Assembly (NCBI GenBank): GCA_951406725.2
Contig: OX597827.1
Location: forward strand, 23,250,001-23,314,000
Direction: 5' to 3'
Source of the DNA: Octopus vulgaris
Lineage: Eukaryota
Length of the DNA stretch: 64,000 bases
Positions within the stretch are counted from its first letter, which is position 1. Each line of letters opens with the position of its first letter. The position numbers and the translations under genes were made by a program. The notes beneath the pieces were generated by a model. It saw only the letters and a program-made list of their open reading frames with translations. It was not told the DNA's origin and did no database searches. Shown piece by piece: positions 12,526 through 25,816 of this stretch.

Positions 12526-13068
12526 GGAATGGAATATTTGCATGTTGTGACACATAGGCTTGCACATGTAAAATGCTTTAGATAAGTATATACGTAATAG
12601 GCTTATATGCCAGACTAAAGATATTAAAGTGAGATCAGGACAGTGAAACTATTGGAGCAAAGAAGCTTTATAACTCTGTGTGTGTTTTAAGTTAACAGTT
12701 AAGTCTTTAACAGCAGAAAAAAAAAACTAGCCATTAAGAAAGTTTATTGTTTCTCATATTATCATTAACACACACATACACACACTGTTATGTATTGGTA
12801 CAAAATGAAAGAGTGTGGAAGTTATGTAGACTAAATGTATGTAATATATGATAACTTGGGATTGTTAATCCAAATTTTGGTTTCCCTCATTTCTTTTTCA
12901 TTGGCAGACAAAACTTGTCTTTGTTCAAACCAATTTGTAAAACCTGAACAGAAGGCTGCATCAGGCTCAATCTGATCTGGCAAAGTTGCTACAGCTGGAT
13001 GCCCTTCCTAATGCCAATACATATATATATTCAAAACATTGTTATGTATGGTTATTTTCTAATTGCAG

Positions 13069-13221
13069 ATTGTTCGTAGTTTCTCAAGTGGTAAACGAGA
13101 GGGTGGAGACTTTGTGTGTTGTACCTTGTCACCTCGTGGAGAATGGATCTACTGTGTGGGAGAGGACCGAGTGTTGTACTGTTTCAGCATCACCACTGGC
13201 AAACTGGAGAGAACCTTGACG
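13069..13221 (+). CDS. SMU1: SMU1 exon
   Basis: ttgcag|ATT...ACG|gtaagt; 153 nt, [51 protein letters not shown]. Confidence 0.97.
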
Positions 13222-14136
13222 GTAAGTGATGGGTTGGTTTCCCCTTTGCGCAGCACCTACAACAAAAACACCAGCTTTTCCATATAACTTCTACTGCATC
13301 CACATGTATATAACACTGCAACAAAAGGAAAACAGTGCACAGACATACATTTGATACTCACAGATGAAAATATTTGGCCAACACAGACCAAAATGCGAAG
13401 ATCTGTCGAGGCAAGCGAAATCGAAATCAATCAAAAAATCAATGGAAATTGTAGTTGTGATACCAGTGCCGGTGGTACATAAAAAGATCCATTCAAAAGT
13501 GGCTGTTGCCAGCGCCGCCTCAACTGGCCTCCGTGCCAGTAGCACATAAAAGGCACCAACCGATCGTGGCCATTGCCAGCCTCACCTGGCACCTGTGCCG
13601 GTGGCACGTAAAAAGCACCCACTACACTCACTGAGTGGTTGGCATTAGGAAGGGCATCCAGCTGTAGAAACACTGCCAGATCAGACTGGAGCCTGGTGCA
13701 GCCTCCTGGCTTTCCAGACCCCGGTCAATTCTTCCAACCCATGCTAGCATGGAAAACGGACGTTAAATGATGATGATGATGATCCATTATGGACTCTTCC
13801 AGTCCTGCTTGGGTTTCTTAATATCTTCACCATGAACCATGAACAACACACACTGTACACTCTATCTTCATGATAATCAGCTGTGTAAAGACAAACCCAC
13901 ACAATGAAAACTATAAACTTCTGATGCTACACGGTATTTCTGCTTCAAACTCCAATTCTCAGTCCCTATAATTGCTTGCTTGCTGATGACAACTCATCAA
14001 AGGTGATGACAGTGTTGATCCAAGACATTCATCGTCCTTCGCCTGCAGCACATTGTTTCTCATAGGGTGTGGGTGACAAGACCATTACAAGACAAGGAGA
14101 TACTGTGGCACAGAGAATCCTCAAAACATTCTAGGC

Positions 14137-14351
14137 CAGTGGTTCCCAACCTGTGGTCCGCAAAGGTAGTACTGGGTGTCTATGAACTAAATTCAAAATT
14201 TCATATATATATAATAGGCGCAGGAGTGCTTATCAACCACTGGGTTCAGTCCCACTGTGTTGCACCTTGAGCATGTGTCTTCTTCTATAACCTCAGGTTG
14301 ACCAAAGCTCTGTGAGTGGATTTGGTTGACGGAAACTGAAAGAAGCTCATC

Positions 14352-14386
<35 letters not shown>

Positions 14387-14656
14387 TGTGTGTCTGTGTT
14401 TGTCCCCCCCCACTATTGCTTGACAATTGATGTGGTGTGTTTAGATCTACGTAACTTAGTGGTTCGGCAAAAGGGACCTAAAGAATAAGTCCTAGAGTTG
14501 ATTTGTTCAACTAAAGGTGATGCTCCAGCATGGCCACAGTCAAATGACTGAAACAGATAAAAGAATATATATATATATATTTATGTATATAAGGATATGT
14601 ATTTCAAAAGGAGTCTGTGGGAAAACTCATTTAAATAAAAGGGTTGGGAACCATTT
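14137..14656. mobile_element. hAT(Charlie)-like MITE with a nested family A SINE (14217-14565, +)
   Basis: CAGTGGTTCCCAACC at left, GGTTGGGAACCA at right; a SINE head-to-tail lies inside. Confidence 0.55.
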
Positions 14657-16329
14657 TTGTAGAACATTCTAGAACACTTCTACTGCTGCTGCTGTTTAAT
14701 TGTCTCTTCTGTTCACCCACAGAAGCTTTAAATAATGGGGAAAGAGAGGAATTGTTGATTGGAGAAGGAAGTTGCTTCAATAGAGCCAGTGTATGTAATG
14801 AGGACATAACCTGAAGGTGGTTCCAGTGAACTTTTGGGAAGATTTGGGCCTTGAGAGCCAACAAACACCTACTCGGTTCAGTCACTTCCAGTACCTGTGT
14901 GTGCATGTACATGGTCTACAAACAGTAAATAGGGGAAGGGCAGGGTGGCTTATACCCCTATCATCAGCTCTGTGTGTGTACACACACACATAAATGGAGC
15001 AGAAATGCAATAGAGGGAATTAAGATGTTCAGACAGATAGACGACACAAAGGTGGACAAGAGAAACAACAATTAGAAGGACAGGTAAAAAAAGACGGGTC
15101 ATTCTTGGCTTTCTTTCATCAGTCAAGTCCCAGAAGTCAAGACCATTTTGGGCAGTTACACTTGAGATGGTTCGATCTGGTTGTCCTCCAAAAAGTCTAA
15201 GCTAAGAGCATTAGACCCCTTCGTAAGAAAGCTAGCAAATGTGTATGGCAACAAAGACAAAAAAAAAAAACAAATGCACTTGCATACAGACAGATAGAAG
15301 TGGTGCATATGGAGATCTAACTGAATGAACAGATGAGAAAAAGTAATGGTCATGATGATAGTAATAGATCTGCTGGCATTGGGTGGCGGTGGTGGTGGTA
15401 GCAGGAGTGGCGGCGGCAGTGTGTGGAGGAAGGCCAAGTATTGCACCAAATGTGTGTAATATATTAATCACGCTTGTGTTAACAATGAATGGCTGTCAGG
15501 TGGAGTGGGATTGAAGAGAACAGGATAGGCTCTTTCTTACCAAAACACACATGTATATCCACATACACACACACACACACACACAGTGATTGATTGATGT
15601 GTGTGTGTGAACACTGCTTCTTATGTGTGTGCATGTTTATATAATCATATACTCGTGTATTTTCTCATATGCATCTATACATGTGCACACACTGGTGTGT
15701 GTGTGTGTGAGTATCTAAAGATACATACACAGATACATACATACACACATACACACACACATTAAATAAGCAAGATGTAAGTGTTAGATAACATTATGGA
15801 ATCCAGTTCCACACCATTTGTTAAAAGATTATTTCATAAGCATCATTGCATTTTTGGAGGAGATTTTCTGTTTTTATTTCATTTCAGAAGGTATGCAAGT
15901 GTATGCGTGTGTGTGTGTGTATGCATACATTAGCACGAGCTAGAGATTTTTCTCACAATTCTGTGTGTCTGATGTGTATGGAAAGCTCTCTAATTTGCCA
16001 GCTCCTATCAAACCATCTGACCCATGTCAGCATGGAAAACAGACGTTAAATGATGACTGAGTGTATATTATGAACAACAATACAGACATGAGTGTGTGGT
16101 TAAGTACATCACTTCTGAGCCATGTTGCTTTGGCCCCACTATGTGACAATTTGACAAGATCACCTATACCTGGGCCAACCCAAAGCCTTCAGTGGAATCT
16201 AAAAGCCTGTCTGTGTGTGTGTATGTATATATGTTAGACTCATGCACACACACACACACACACACACATGATGGTGGCTGTGTTGTTTATGGTTGTCCCC
16301 AACATGATAGAACACTGTTACCTAACTAG

Positions 16330-16455
<126 letters not shown>

Positions 16456-16507
16456 ACAGCCCCACATTCATTTTTACATTCTTCATTTTAGCTTTTCATT
16501 TTTTTTT

Positions 16508-16513
16508 ATTAAA
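16508..16513 (+). promoter_or_regulatory. candidate SMU1 polyadenylation signal (ATTAAA)
   Basis: ATTAAA about 50 nt after the stop codon, followed by a T/GT-rich tract (16528-16570); no transcript evidence. Confidence 0.4.
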
Positions 16514-16894
16514 ATTATGAGGAAATTATTTTTGTTGTTGTTGTTATTTTCTTCTTTTTCTTCTTCTCCTTATCATTATGGTGAGTTGGGGGAATGATTA
16601 AACCGTCAAATGAAATACTTTGTGATGTATGTTTTACAAGTAACCGAGACCTTTGGTAATACACTGTGCTTGAGAAGACCTGTCAAGCCAAGTGAGATTG
16701 TAGTCGTGGCTGATGCTGGTATTTTGTGCCAGTGACATGTACAAAGCACCCACTACACTCTCGGAGTGGTTGCCATTAGGAAGGGCATCCAGCTGTAGAA
16801 ACATTGCCAGATCAGATTGGAGCCTGGTGCAGCTCACCAGTTTTTGGTGAAACCATCCAATCCATGCCAGCACGGAAAACAAATATTAAATGAT

Positions 16895-18102
16895 GAATAG
16901 CCTGGGCAAAGTTTAGGGAGCTCTTACCTCTGCTGGTGACTAAAGGCCTCTCACTCAGAGTAAAGGGCAGACTGTATGATGCATGTGTTCGAACTGCCAT
17001 GCTACATGGCAGTGAAACATGGGCCGTGACTGCTGAGGACATGCGTAAGCTCATGAGGAATGAAGCCAGTATGCTCCGATGGATGTGTAATGTCAGTGTA
17101 CTTACTCGACAGAGCGTTAGTTCCCTGAGAGAAATGTTGTACCTAAGAAGCATCAGTTGTTGTGTGCAAGAGAGACGATTGCGCTGGTATGGTCATGTGG
17201 CGAGAATGGATGAAGATTGGTGTGTGAGAAAGTGCCAATCCCTAGCAGTTGAGGGAACCCGTGGAAGAGGTAGACCCAGGAAAACCTGGGACGAGGTGGT
17301 GAAGCACGACCTTCGAACGTTAGGTCTCACCATGGAAATGACTAGAGACCAAGACCTATGGAAGTATGCTGTGCGTGAGAAGACCCGGCAAGACTAGTGA
17401 AGCCATAACCCGTGGCCTCTACCTGGGACGTAGTCAGTCCACCTGTGCATACCTTCCTGCTTGTGACACTTGTGAAGACCTGTTGAGGCAAGTCAAATCA
17501 ATCAAAGTCAAATCAAAGTCAAATCGAATCAAGTCAAACCAAATCAAAATAGATGAACATCAATGGAATTTGTATCCTTGTGGTACCAGTGCCGGTGGCA
17601 CATAAGAAAACCATCCGAACGGGACCGTAGCCAGTACCGCATCGACTGGCCTCCGTGCCGTGGGCACGTAACAAACACCATTCGATCGTAGCCGTTCACC
17701 AGCCTCGTCTGGCACCTGTGTCGGTGGCACATAAGAAAAACACCGAAAACACCATATCCGAGCGTGGCCATCTGCCAGCCTCGTCTGGCACCTGTGTCGG
17801 TGGCACATAAAAAACACCATCCGAGCGTGGCCGTCTGCCAGCCTCGTCTGGCACCTGTGTCGGTGGCACATAAAAAACACCATCCGAGCGTGGCCGTCTG
17901 CCAGCCTCGTCTGGCACCTGTGTCGGTGGCACATAAAATCACCCACTACACTCTCGGAGTGGTTGGCGTTAGGAAGGGCATCCAGCTGTAGAAACACTGC
18001 CAGATCTGACTGGCTTTGTGTAGGCTTCGGGCTTGCCAGACCCCAGTCGAACCGTCCAACCCATGCTAGCATGGAAAGCGGACGTTAAACGATGATGATG
18101 AT
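16895..18102 (+). mobile_element. 5'-truncated RTE-clade LINE (RT C-terminus plus complete 3' UTR)
   Basis: ORF 16936-17397 KGRLYDACVRTAMLHGSETW...ERRLRWYGHVARM...GRGRPRKTW has typical RTE C-terminal motifs; 3' UTR contains 63-bp tandem units and ends in (GAT)n. Confidence 0.9.
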
Positions 18103-18109
18103 GTTGATT

Positions 18110-18420
18110 ATTATTGAAAAGGAATTTGAGGGTGAAGAGGGACGTGTTGCCTTCTAGTAAGTTTGTTGAAAGGTGGGTGAATGTTGGCAAAAAGGTCAGT
18201 GTGAAAGGACCCATTTTGAGCATGCGCTTGTGAAAAATAAAAGGAGCGGGGTTCTCAGCCAGTTGGTCAGGCACCCGTGGCTTTGGGCTTTTAAAGCACA
18301 TCCCCCTATTGGTAGGTTTATTTGTTTAATTGTAATTGTTATTTGTGTTTACATGTTTTTAAAACCCTTTTGTATCGTTTTACTATGTCCTATGTTGTTC
18401 TTTGTAAGCCCTTGTGGAAA
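18110..18420 (+). mobile_element. probable L1/Tx1-like LINE 3' end
   Basis: LKRNLRVKRDVLPSSKFVERWVNV...* followed by a T-rich UTR; a related fragment at ~57690-57950(-) reads KRKVSFEREALLSPKF. Clade assignment is by eye. Confidence 0.4.
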
Positions 18421-18430
18421 AATTTGAAAC

Positions 18431-18477
<47 letters not shown>

Positions 18478-18867
18478 GGGTGGTGAGCTGGCAGAATCGT
18501 TAGCATTGCCGGGCAAAATGCCTACAACATTTCACCCATCTTTACATCCTGAGTTCAAATTCTGTTGAAGTCGACTTTGTCTTTCAGGTTTGATAAAATA
18601 AGTACCAGTTGTACACTGGGGTTGATTTAATCAACAAAATTTGCTTGCCTTGCCCTTAATTTTGAAATCAATGTTTGTTATGTCACTGTACACTGTTCAG
18701 GTCCTGGCAAAGTCAACTTTGCCTTTCATCTTTTCAGAGTCAGCGAAATAAATGTGTGTTTGTGTGTGTATGTATAATATATATATATATATAAAAGCAA
18801 ATACTGGACAATACCAGACTGACTTGGTGCCTGAACTTAAGTACGGTACCTAATTCAACTGAATCTT

Positions 18868-19258
18868 GGAGCTACTGTATGGCAAGTAGCTTGCTTCCCA
18901 ACCACATGGTTCCGGGTTCAGTCCCACTGCATGGCACCTTGGGCAAGTGTCTCCTACTATATCTTCAGGCCGACCAGTGTTTTGTGAGTGAATTTGGCAG
19001 ACAGAAACTGAAAGAAGCATGTCATATATGTATATGTATATGTATGTATATATATGTTTGTGTCTACGTGTTTGTCCCCCCCCCCCCAACATCGCTTGAT
19101 AACTGATGCTGGTGGGTTTACGTCCTTGTAACTTAGCGGTTCGGCAGAAGAGACCGATAGAATAAGTACAAGGCTTACAAAGTATAAGTCCCGGTGTTCA
19201 TTTGCTTGACTAGAGGCGGTGTTCCAGCATGGCACCAGTCAAATGACTGAAACAAAAG
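18868..19258 (+). mobile_element. family A (CORE-type) SINE
   Basis: tRNA-like head, CORE-like box, internal (TA/TG)n, tail ...caaatgactgaaacaa. Confidence 0.8.
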
Positions 19259-19535
19259 ATATATTACCTTCGAAACACGCATTGAGTCGAACTAGGGGCA
19301 GCTGATGAAGGGGAATTTTCCTTGTATTGTTTGTCCTGTACTCTGTTTTTTCGTTGTTAAAAAAAGTCCGTTTCCTTGTTTGATTTTATGTTCTCGTCTC
19401 TCGTTGTGTTCTACGTTTATTTGTGGTGTCCTGTACTCACATATATGCATGTATATATACATATAGATGTAAGTATGTACATATATGTATGTATATATGC
19501 ATATGTTTTATTTATTTATTATATTGTTATATATA

Positions 19536-20713
19536 TCTCTTATTATAAAAGGCAGATTTTATCTGCCTCCCTTTGGGAGTTATACAAATCTACAATATAG
19601 GATTTCTTCAATTACAATTTACCTAGCAGTTTTAAGAGTACAATGCATCGCGTCATGCCAGGTCCAGTTTTTAAAATTTAAACTCCAATTAAGCAAAATT
19701 TACAGAAAACTCACATTCTGGTGTGTGTGTCAAATGCTTTTCTTAGTCTGGTTTACACCACACGCAAACGCACACACACAGTGGGCAACGAATAAAATGA
19801 AAGTAAATGTAATATTTGTTTCTGTCTATCACGCTGATAGATACATGAGTAAAATGTATGGGAAGCTAACAGATAACAGTGAGTGAAAATGTTCTTGGAA
19901 GAGAGTAAATTAGCGACAGTGATTTGAGGAAGACTAAACTGAAACTATGAAACAGTGTTTATGTATAAACAGACGACACTTATATAAACCCTTTCGTTAC
20001 CAAACCGCCCGAATTTACCTATTCATATTTAAATGAGAATATCAGAGTAAATCTCTTTAGTACATTCGTGAAAACACGTATTATACTTCGTAAACACTTC
20101 AAATACAGTTTTGTACAAAAATCGAAGTGTAATTTTAATTCCGTGAATTATGGGAGATTTTTTTTCCGAAATTTGTTCCTATTGTGTTTTCAAAATTTGT
20201 AATTCTGACAAAAAATGGATACGAATTTCATTATATCAAGCAGCGAGTCAGAATTCGAAGGATTTTCTACTGAAGACCTTCATAAATCTAACTCTATGAC
20301 TGAAAAAAAAAAGCATCTTTATATAAGAGTGAAGTTGTGTGTCTGTCCCCTTCGATTTACATTCGTAATTACTCCCACATTTTGCGGTGCAGTTTAACCA
20401 AAAGCGGGTATCTTATAGTCGTGATTCATATCGAGCCCTTCTGGGTATTAGCGCGCGTCTACGATGAGTCTACGATTTTAAAAAAAAATTTACCATCATA
20501 TTTTTCCATTTTAATGCATTTTTTTCGCTTTTTATATAAGGGAAGTAACTCTCTAAAAATATCTACGATGTGTCAACGATTTAAAAAAAATTTACCTTAA
20601 TTTTTTTTCAATTTTTAATGCATTTTTTTTGCTATTTTTTGGCTATAACTCTCTAAAAATGCTTATATAGTTATTTCCCTTACAACCCGAGCAACGCCGG
20701 GCGATACTGCTAG
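19536..20713 (+). mobile_element. composite non-autonomous Helitron
   Basis: A|TC start at 19536 and a second A|TC start at 20316; 3' hairpin cccgagcaacgccggg then CTAG|T at 20710-20714. Confidence 0.65.
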
Positions 20714-21115
20714 TAATATATATATAGATACATATAATATATATAAAGATATATATATATAATATATATAAAGATATAATATATATATATATATATATAT
20801 AAAGATATAATTATATATATATATATATATATACATTGCTGCTTTGGTGACCCAGTAGGAATGGGTGTTAAAAAGTACTAATACAACACATAGGTGGTGG
20901 TTTCCAATCGCTTCCAGAAATTACAAGAGACCTAGTTAAAAATTTCAACGGCGGTGCCCCAGCATGGCTGCAGCTCTGAGATGAAACTACATATATATAT
21001 GTTGTCGTTAAACAATGTCAAATCAGACGAGTCTGGTGCAGCTTGCCAGCTCTGGTCAAACCGTCCAACTCATGCCAGCATGTACAACAGACATTAAATG
21101 ATGATGATATATATA

Positions 21116-21441
21116 CTAGCACTATGACCCGGCATGCATATACAGCTGCGTGTGTGCGCACATACACGCGAGTACTGTCCAATTCTCCGACCAGTCACAT
21201 ACAGCTAGCTGGCATTCAATTGGTGTATCAAGTTTTGGGCATTTTGATTGGGTTTTGGATAGAAAATTCACAAAAAAGTCACTTCTATTGATTTTTTAAT
21301 GGCTTTGCGAGGTGATTGGGGAAATGTAAAGATGTGCACGACCACTCTTGGACGGTTTTGAATGACCATAGAAAGTGTGAGCCCTCTAACTGAAAAATTG
21401 TGGATTTGTATAAAGGACACACACACAGACAGACATTTTGC
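21116..21441 (-). mobile_element. Helitron copy (same family as 9042-9400), part of the 3' hairpin deleted
   Basis: Reverse-complement similarity across ~320 bp; CTAG end at 21116-21119. Confidence 0.85.
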
Positions 21442-21599
21442 ATTCTGGGAGTGCTATGTATTATGTATCCAACTTAATTTTATCTTGATAAGCCTAACGT
21501 CACGCGGGCAAAATATTTTGGGTGGGAGGTGACGCTACCCTTCCTGCGTACGCATGGAAATTTTTACACCGGTTGGTCGAGTCAGTTCCCGGCTGTTAT

Positions 21600-22350
21600 G
21601 CCTAGAGTACAAATGTGTAGCGCGCGCCCATAGGATTTCCATTTTCACGCAAGATCACCAAATACAACGAGCAGAGACCATAAACGCCTGTCTCATCACC
21701 AGTGATGATGGTCTTCATGAAGTTTGGGGTCGCGGTTTGCACAGTCCACCATGTCCTGAACGGTTTCCATGCGGACCTGCTTCAGCTGCCCCACCAACAA
21801 ACACCCTGAGGACGAATTTCGCTGATACACTCCGCATGCACAAATCCTCCATTAAAGTGGAACGTACTGATCCTCTAATAATTCGTCAGCAATTTCATGC
21901 ATTGTTACATGATGGGTTCCCATAATTATTCGCTGAACCTTCCCAATCAGTTCCTCGTTTCGGTTCCTCGATGGCCTACTTCACTCTCCACAAAGGCGCA
22001 GTCATGTTTGAAGCGGTTGTGTCACTCCTTAAGGCGGCGAGCTGGCAGAAACGTTAGCACGCCGGGCGAAATGCGTAGCCGTATTTCGTCTGCCGCTACG
22101 TTCTGAGTTCAAATTCCGCCGAGGTCGACTTTGCCTTTCCTCCTTTCGGGGTCGATAAATTAAGTACCAGTTGCACACTGGGTTCGATATAATCGACTTA
22201 ATCTGTTTGTCTGTCCTTGTTTGTCCTCTCTGTGTTTGGCCCCTTGTGGGTTGTAAAGAAATAGGTTGTGTCACTCCTTGATCTGAGTTTTACCCATGGC
22301 ATCATCGCAGAAGGCCTGCTGAATCTTCTAGATTGTGAGTAAAGAATGGT
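21600..22350 (-). pseudogene. mariner transposase fossil interrupted by a SINE
   Basis: Minus-strand fragments KIQQAFCDDAMGKTQIKE*HNRFK, MEDLCMRSVSAKFV and IITGDE (mariner HTH, WVP-like linker, first catalytic D motif). Confidence 0.75.
22033..22263 (+). mobile_element. young full-length family B SINE with a 16-bp TSD
   Basis: GGTTGTGTCACTCCTT duplicated at 22015-22030 and 22264-22279; A-box-like TGGCAGAAACGTTAG and B box GAGTTCAAATTCC. Other copies at ~18478-18670, 22767-22985, 37916-38135, 42626-42840, 45675-45900, 57998-58206. Confidence 0.92.
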
Positions 22351-22718
22351 CCGAGGGAATAGTCCTACTCTAAGCACGTGTCCACGGGCTGGAAGGCATG
22401 GATGGCATAGGTGCCATTGCTATGATACTTCTGGTGAGCAGGGTGACTGAGGATATGTGGGGTTCCGTGGATTTCTTTAGGTGGCGTTTCTCTGTGGAGA
22501 AATTTTGTTAGAATTTTCATGTTGTTATTGTTATATTGTTTATATATATTTACACGGGATCGGAACGTTCTGAGTTCAAATCCCGTTAAGGTCAACTTTG
22601 CTTTCCATCCTCTCGGTGTCGATGCAATAAATTGCCGGTCATGTACTTGGGCCAGTGGTTTCAACTGACCTCTCCTCTGAAAATTACTGGCCTTCTGCCA
22701 TAATTAGAAACAACAACA

Positions 22719-22750
<32 letters not shown>

Positions 22751-23084
22751 AACAACAGCAACAAAGACGGCGAGCTGGCTGACTCGTTAGCACACCGGGC
22801 AAAATACTTAGCGGCATTTCGCCCGTCTTCACGTTCTGGGTTCAAATTCCGCCGAGGTCGACTTTGCCTGTCATCCTTTCAGGATCGATAAATTAAGTAC
22901 CAGTGAAACACTGGGGTCCATGTAATCGACTCATCTCCACCTCCTCCAAAACTACTGCCCCTGCTGCAAAATTTGAAAACCATTATTATTAGTAGTAAGA
23001 GTTATTGTTGTTATCGCAACAACCAATCCACCACATTGCATTAATCAAATGGTTTATTAAAAAATGGTATTATTATAACCTTCA

Positions 23085-23371
23085 TCCTCACCTCCACCAC
23101 TGCCATCGCCGTCATCGCCACGACCACTGCCACCACAGTCACCACCACCATCACGACCGTCACCACCACTAACATCACCACCACCTCCACCACTGTCACC
23201 ATCGTCACCGCTACCATCACGACCGTCACCTTCACCACCACCACCATCACCGCCACCATCACCACCACCAGCATCACCACCACCACCACAAACATCACCA
23301 CCACCAACATCACCACCACCAACATCACCACCACCACCACCACCACCACAACCACCACCACCACCATCACC

Positions 23372-23403
<32 letters not shown>

Positions 23404-23520
23404 CATCACCACCACCAACATCACCACCACCACCACCACCAACATCACCACCACCACCACCACCACCACCACCACCACCACCACCACCACCACCACCACC
23501 ACCACCAGCGTCACTGTCAC
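23085..23520. repeat. degenerate (CAC/CAT/CAA)n trinucleotide microsatellite
   Basis: Directly visible; source of the poly-Val ORF artefact. Confidence 0.95.
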
Positions 23521-24406
23521 AGTTTAATAATCATCATATTTCAACCACATCTGATGGTGGCGGATGTTATCAACTCACTTCTGGGTGAGTCTGTGTGTCC
23601 CCGTTTGTCTGTCAGTCTGTCTTCTGTCCGTATGCATGCATGTATGTATGTTTGTATGTCTGTCTGTATGTATGTGTATATGTATGCATGCATGCATGTG
23701 TGTGTGTGTATGCATGTATGTATGTATGTATGTATGTGTGAGTATGCATGCATGCATGCATGTATGTACGTGTGTGTGTATGCGCGTGTAAGTGTATGTG
23801 TGTCTTGTATGAGTGTGTGTTTGTCATTCTGCACCGCACTGCTGCGTGTGTGTTCCCATCACCTGGTTTGTGGGATAATATTAATGCATACATACTTACG
23901 TATGTACATACATACATACATAACATATATACATATACTCACAAACACGCACATATACGTATGTACATACATGTAAATATATATATGTATATATATATGT
24001 GTGTGTGTGTGTGTATTTATATATGTAAATATGTCTATGTATGTATGTATTTATGTGAACATACACACACACACACACATATATATAGTAAAAAAAAAAC
24101 TAAAATATTCAGCGTGTGTGTGTGTGTGTGCCTATATCCATGTATGTGGCTACTTCACTCCAAGACCCTTCTCCGGTTGACTGGTCCTGGGCAAATGTGT
24201 GTAAATGTGATAAACGAGACAACCTCTGCTGCCAGACATTCTCACTGGCAATTTTTTAGCGACAATACATCGAAACTCATTCTTGCAATAACAGAATTCT
24301 GTAGATGTTGTTGTTGTTGTTGTTGTTGTTGAGCACGTGGGTGGCAGTATTTGTGTTACTGTATAGACGTGGGTGTATATGTATATGAGTAGGATTGACG
24401 AATACA

Positions 24407-24447
<41 letters not shown>

Positions 24448-24572
24448 GATGAAGTCGCTAAACTAACGTTTATGACACACGAAGCTTTCTATCTCATACC
24501 TTTATTAACACCATTTATCAATTCCCAACATTATAGTGTAAGCGTTCATGTGTATATCTTTGTGCGCGCGTG

Positions 24573-24621
<49 letters not shown>

Positions 24622-24683
24622 TCGGGGTGAGTACTTGATAATTGTAAGCACCTGTATATATCATATATATATATAAATATATG

Positions 24684-24766
<83 letters not shown>

Positions 24767-25230
24767 CAGGTCACTTTCGAGTGCTACTGGTAACATGTAA
24801 CCCAGTACAACCTGTTGCATGGTCGGGTCGTCGGCGACTAAACCGGCAACCCCACCAACCTTACTTGGTGAGGAGGGTTTTTATTGGACACCCTGCGGGA
24901 TGAAAAACAAAACCCGTCAAAGGGCGGAGGAACTCTTGAGAGTCACCGGCCATCCAATAAATGTCTTAAGGCTGTATCATGCGCGGGGACATACAAATAA
25001 TCGGACTGAATACCCGATCACGCGGTTAAACCATTGGGAGTGTAGGACTCCTAGCCTTTGCTAGGGCATCCTTCTAGGAGAAGGTAACTCAGGTAACTGG
25101 GATAACTCCGACATAAAACCTGCGGCTCAGTGGTTACCGATTATGTTGACTTGTTCTTCTTTTCGGATTATGGCTGCTGTGGCTTAGTGAGATTGACTCA
25201 GTGCACAGCCTTTCCTCACTTTAAAAAAAT
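24767..25230 (+). mobile_element. RTE-5'UTR-like non-autonomous element
   Basis: GC-rich unit after (TATG)n containing gggcatccttctaggagaaggtaactc, resembling the RTE 5'UTR motif as I recall it. Confidence 0.4.
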
Positions 25231-25748
25231 TTTCTTGCACAGACATTGCACGATAACAACATTGATTAAGCTTCGTGCAATGGCCATACTCGATAACGAG
25301 GGGGCAGCCACCATGTATGTATGTACGTATGTATGTATGTATGTATGTATGTATGTATGTATGTATGTATGTATGTATGTATGTATGTATGTATGTATGT
25401 ATGTATGTATGAGTTAAAAACGTATAGTAAATGCACAATCGAAAAACAAGCACAGAATGGCAAGTTAAAAAACAGTAAATGCACAGACGAGCGGAAAACA
25501 GACAGAGAAGGTCCCCAACTCCTGATCAGTTATCGGCCAAAGAGTCAAACGCAATTTCGTGCCTTTAACGATAATATTCTGGTGGCACCAGAATATGGGA
25601 CCGAGAACAGGCAAACAATAAATGGATAAACAAGCAATACAAAAATGGATATACGATAATGGGAGGTGTTTACCATTTCCACTACAACAATTCATATACG
25701 TCACATATATTTCTGCCTTTAGGTTGTAAAATTTCGAATTAGCCATCC

Positions 25749-25816
<68 letters not shown>

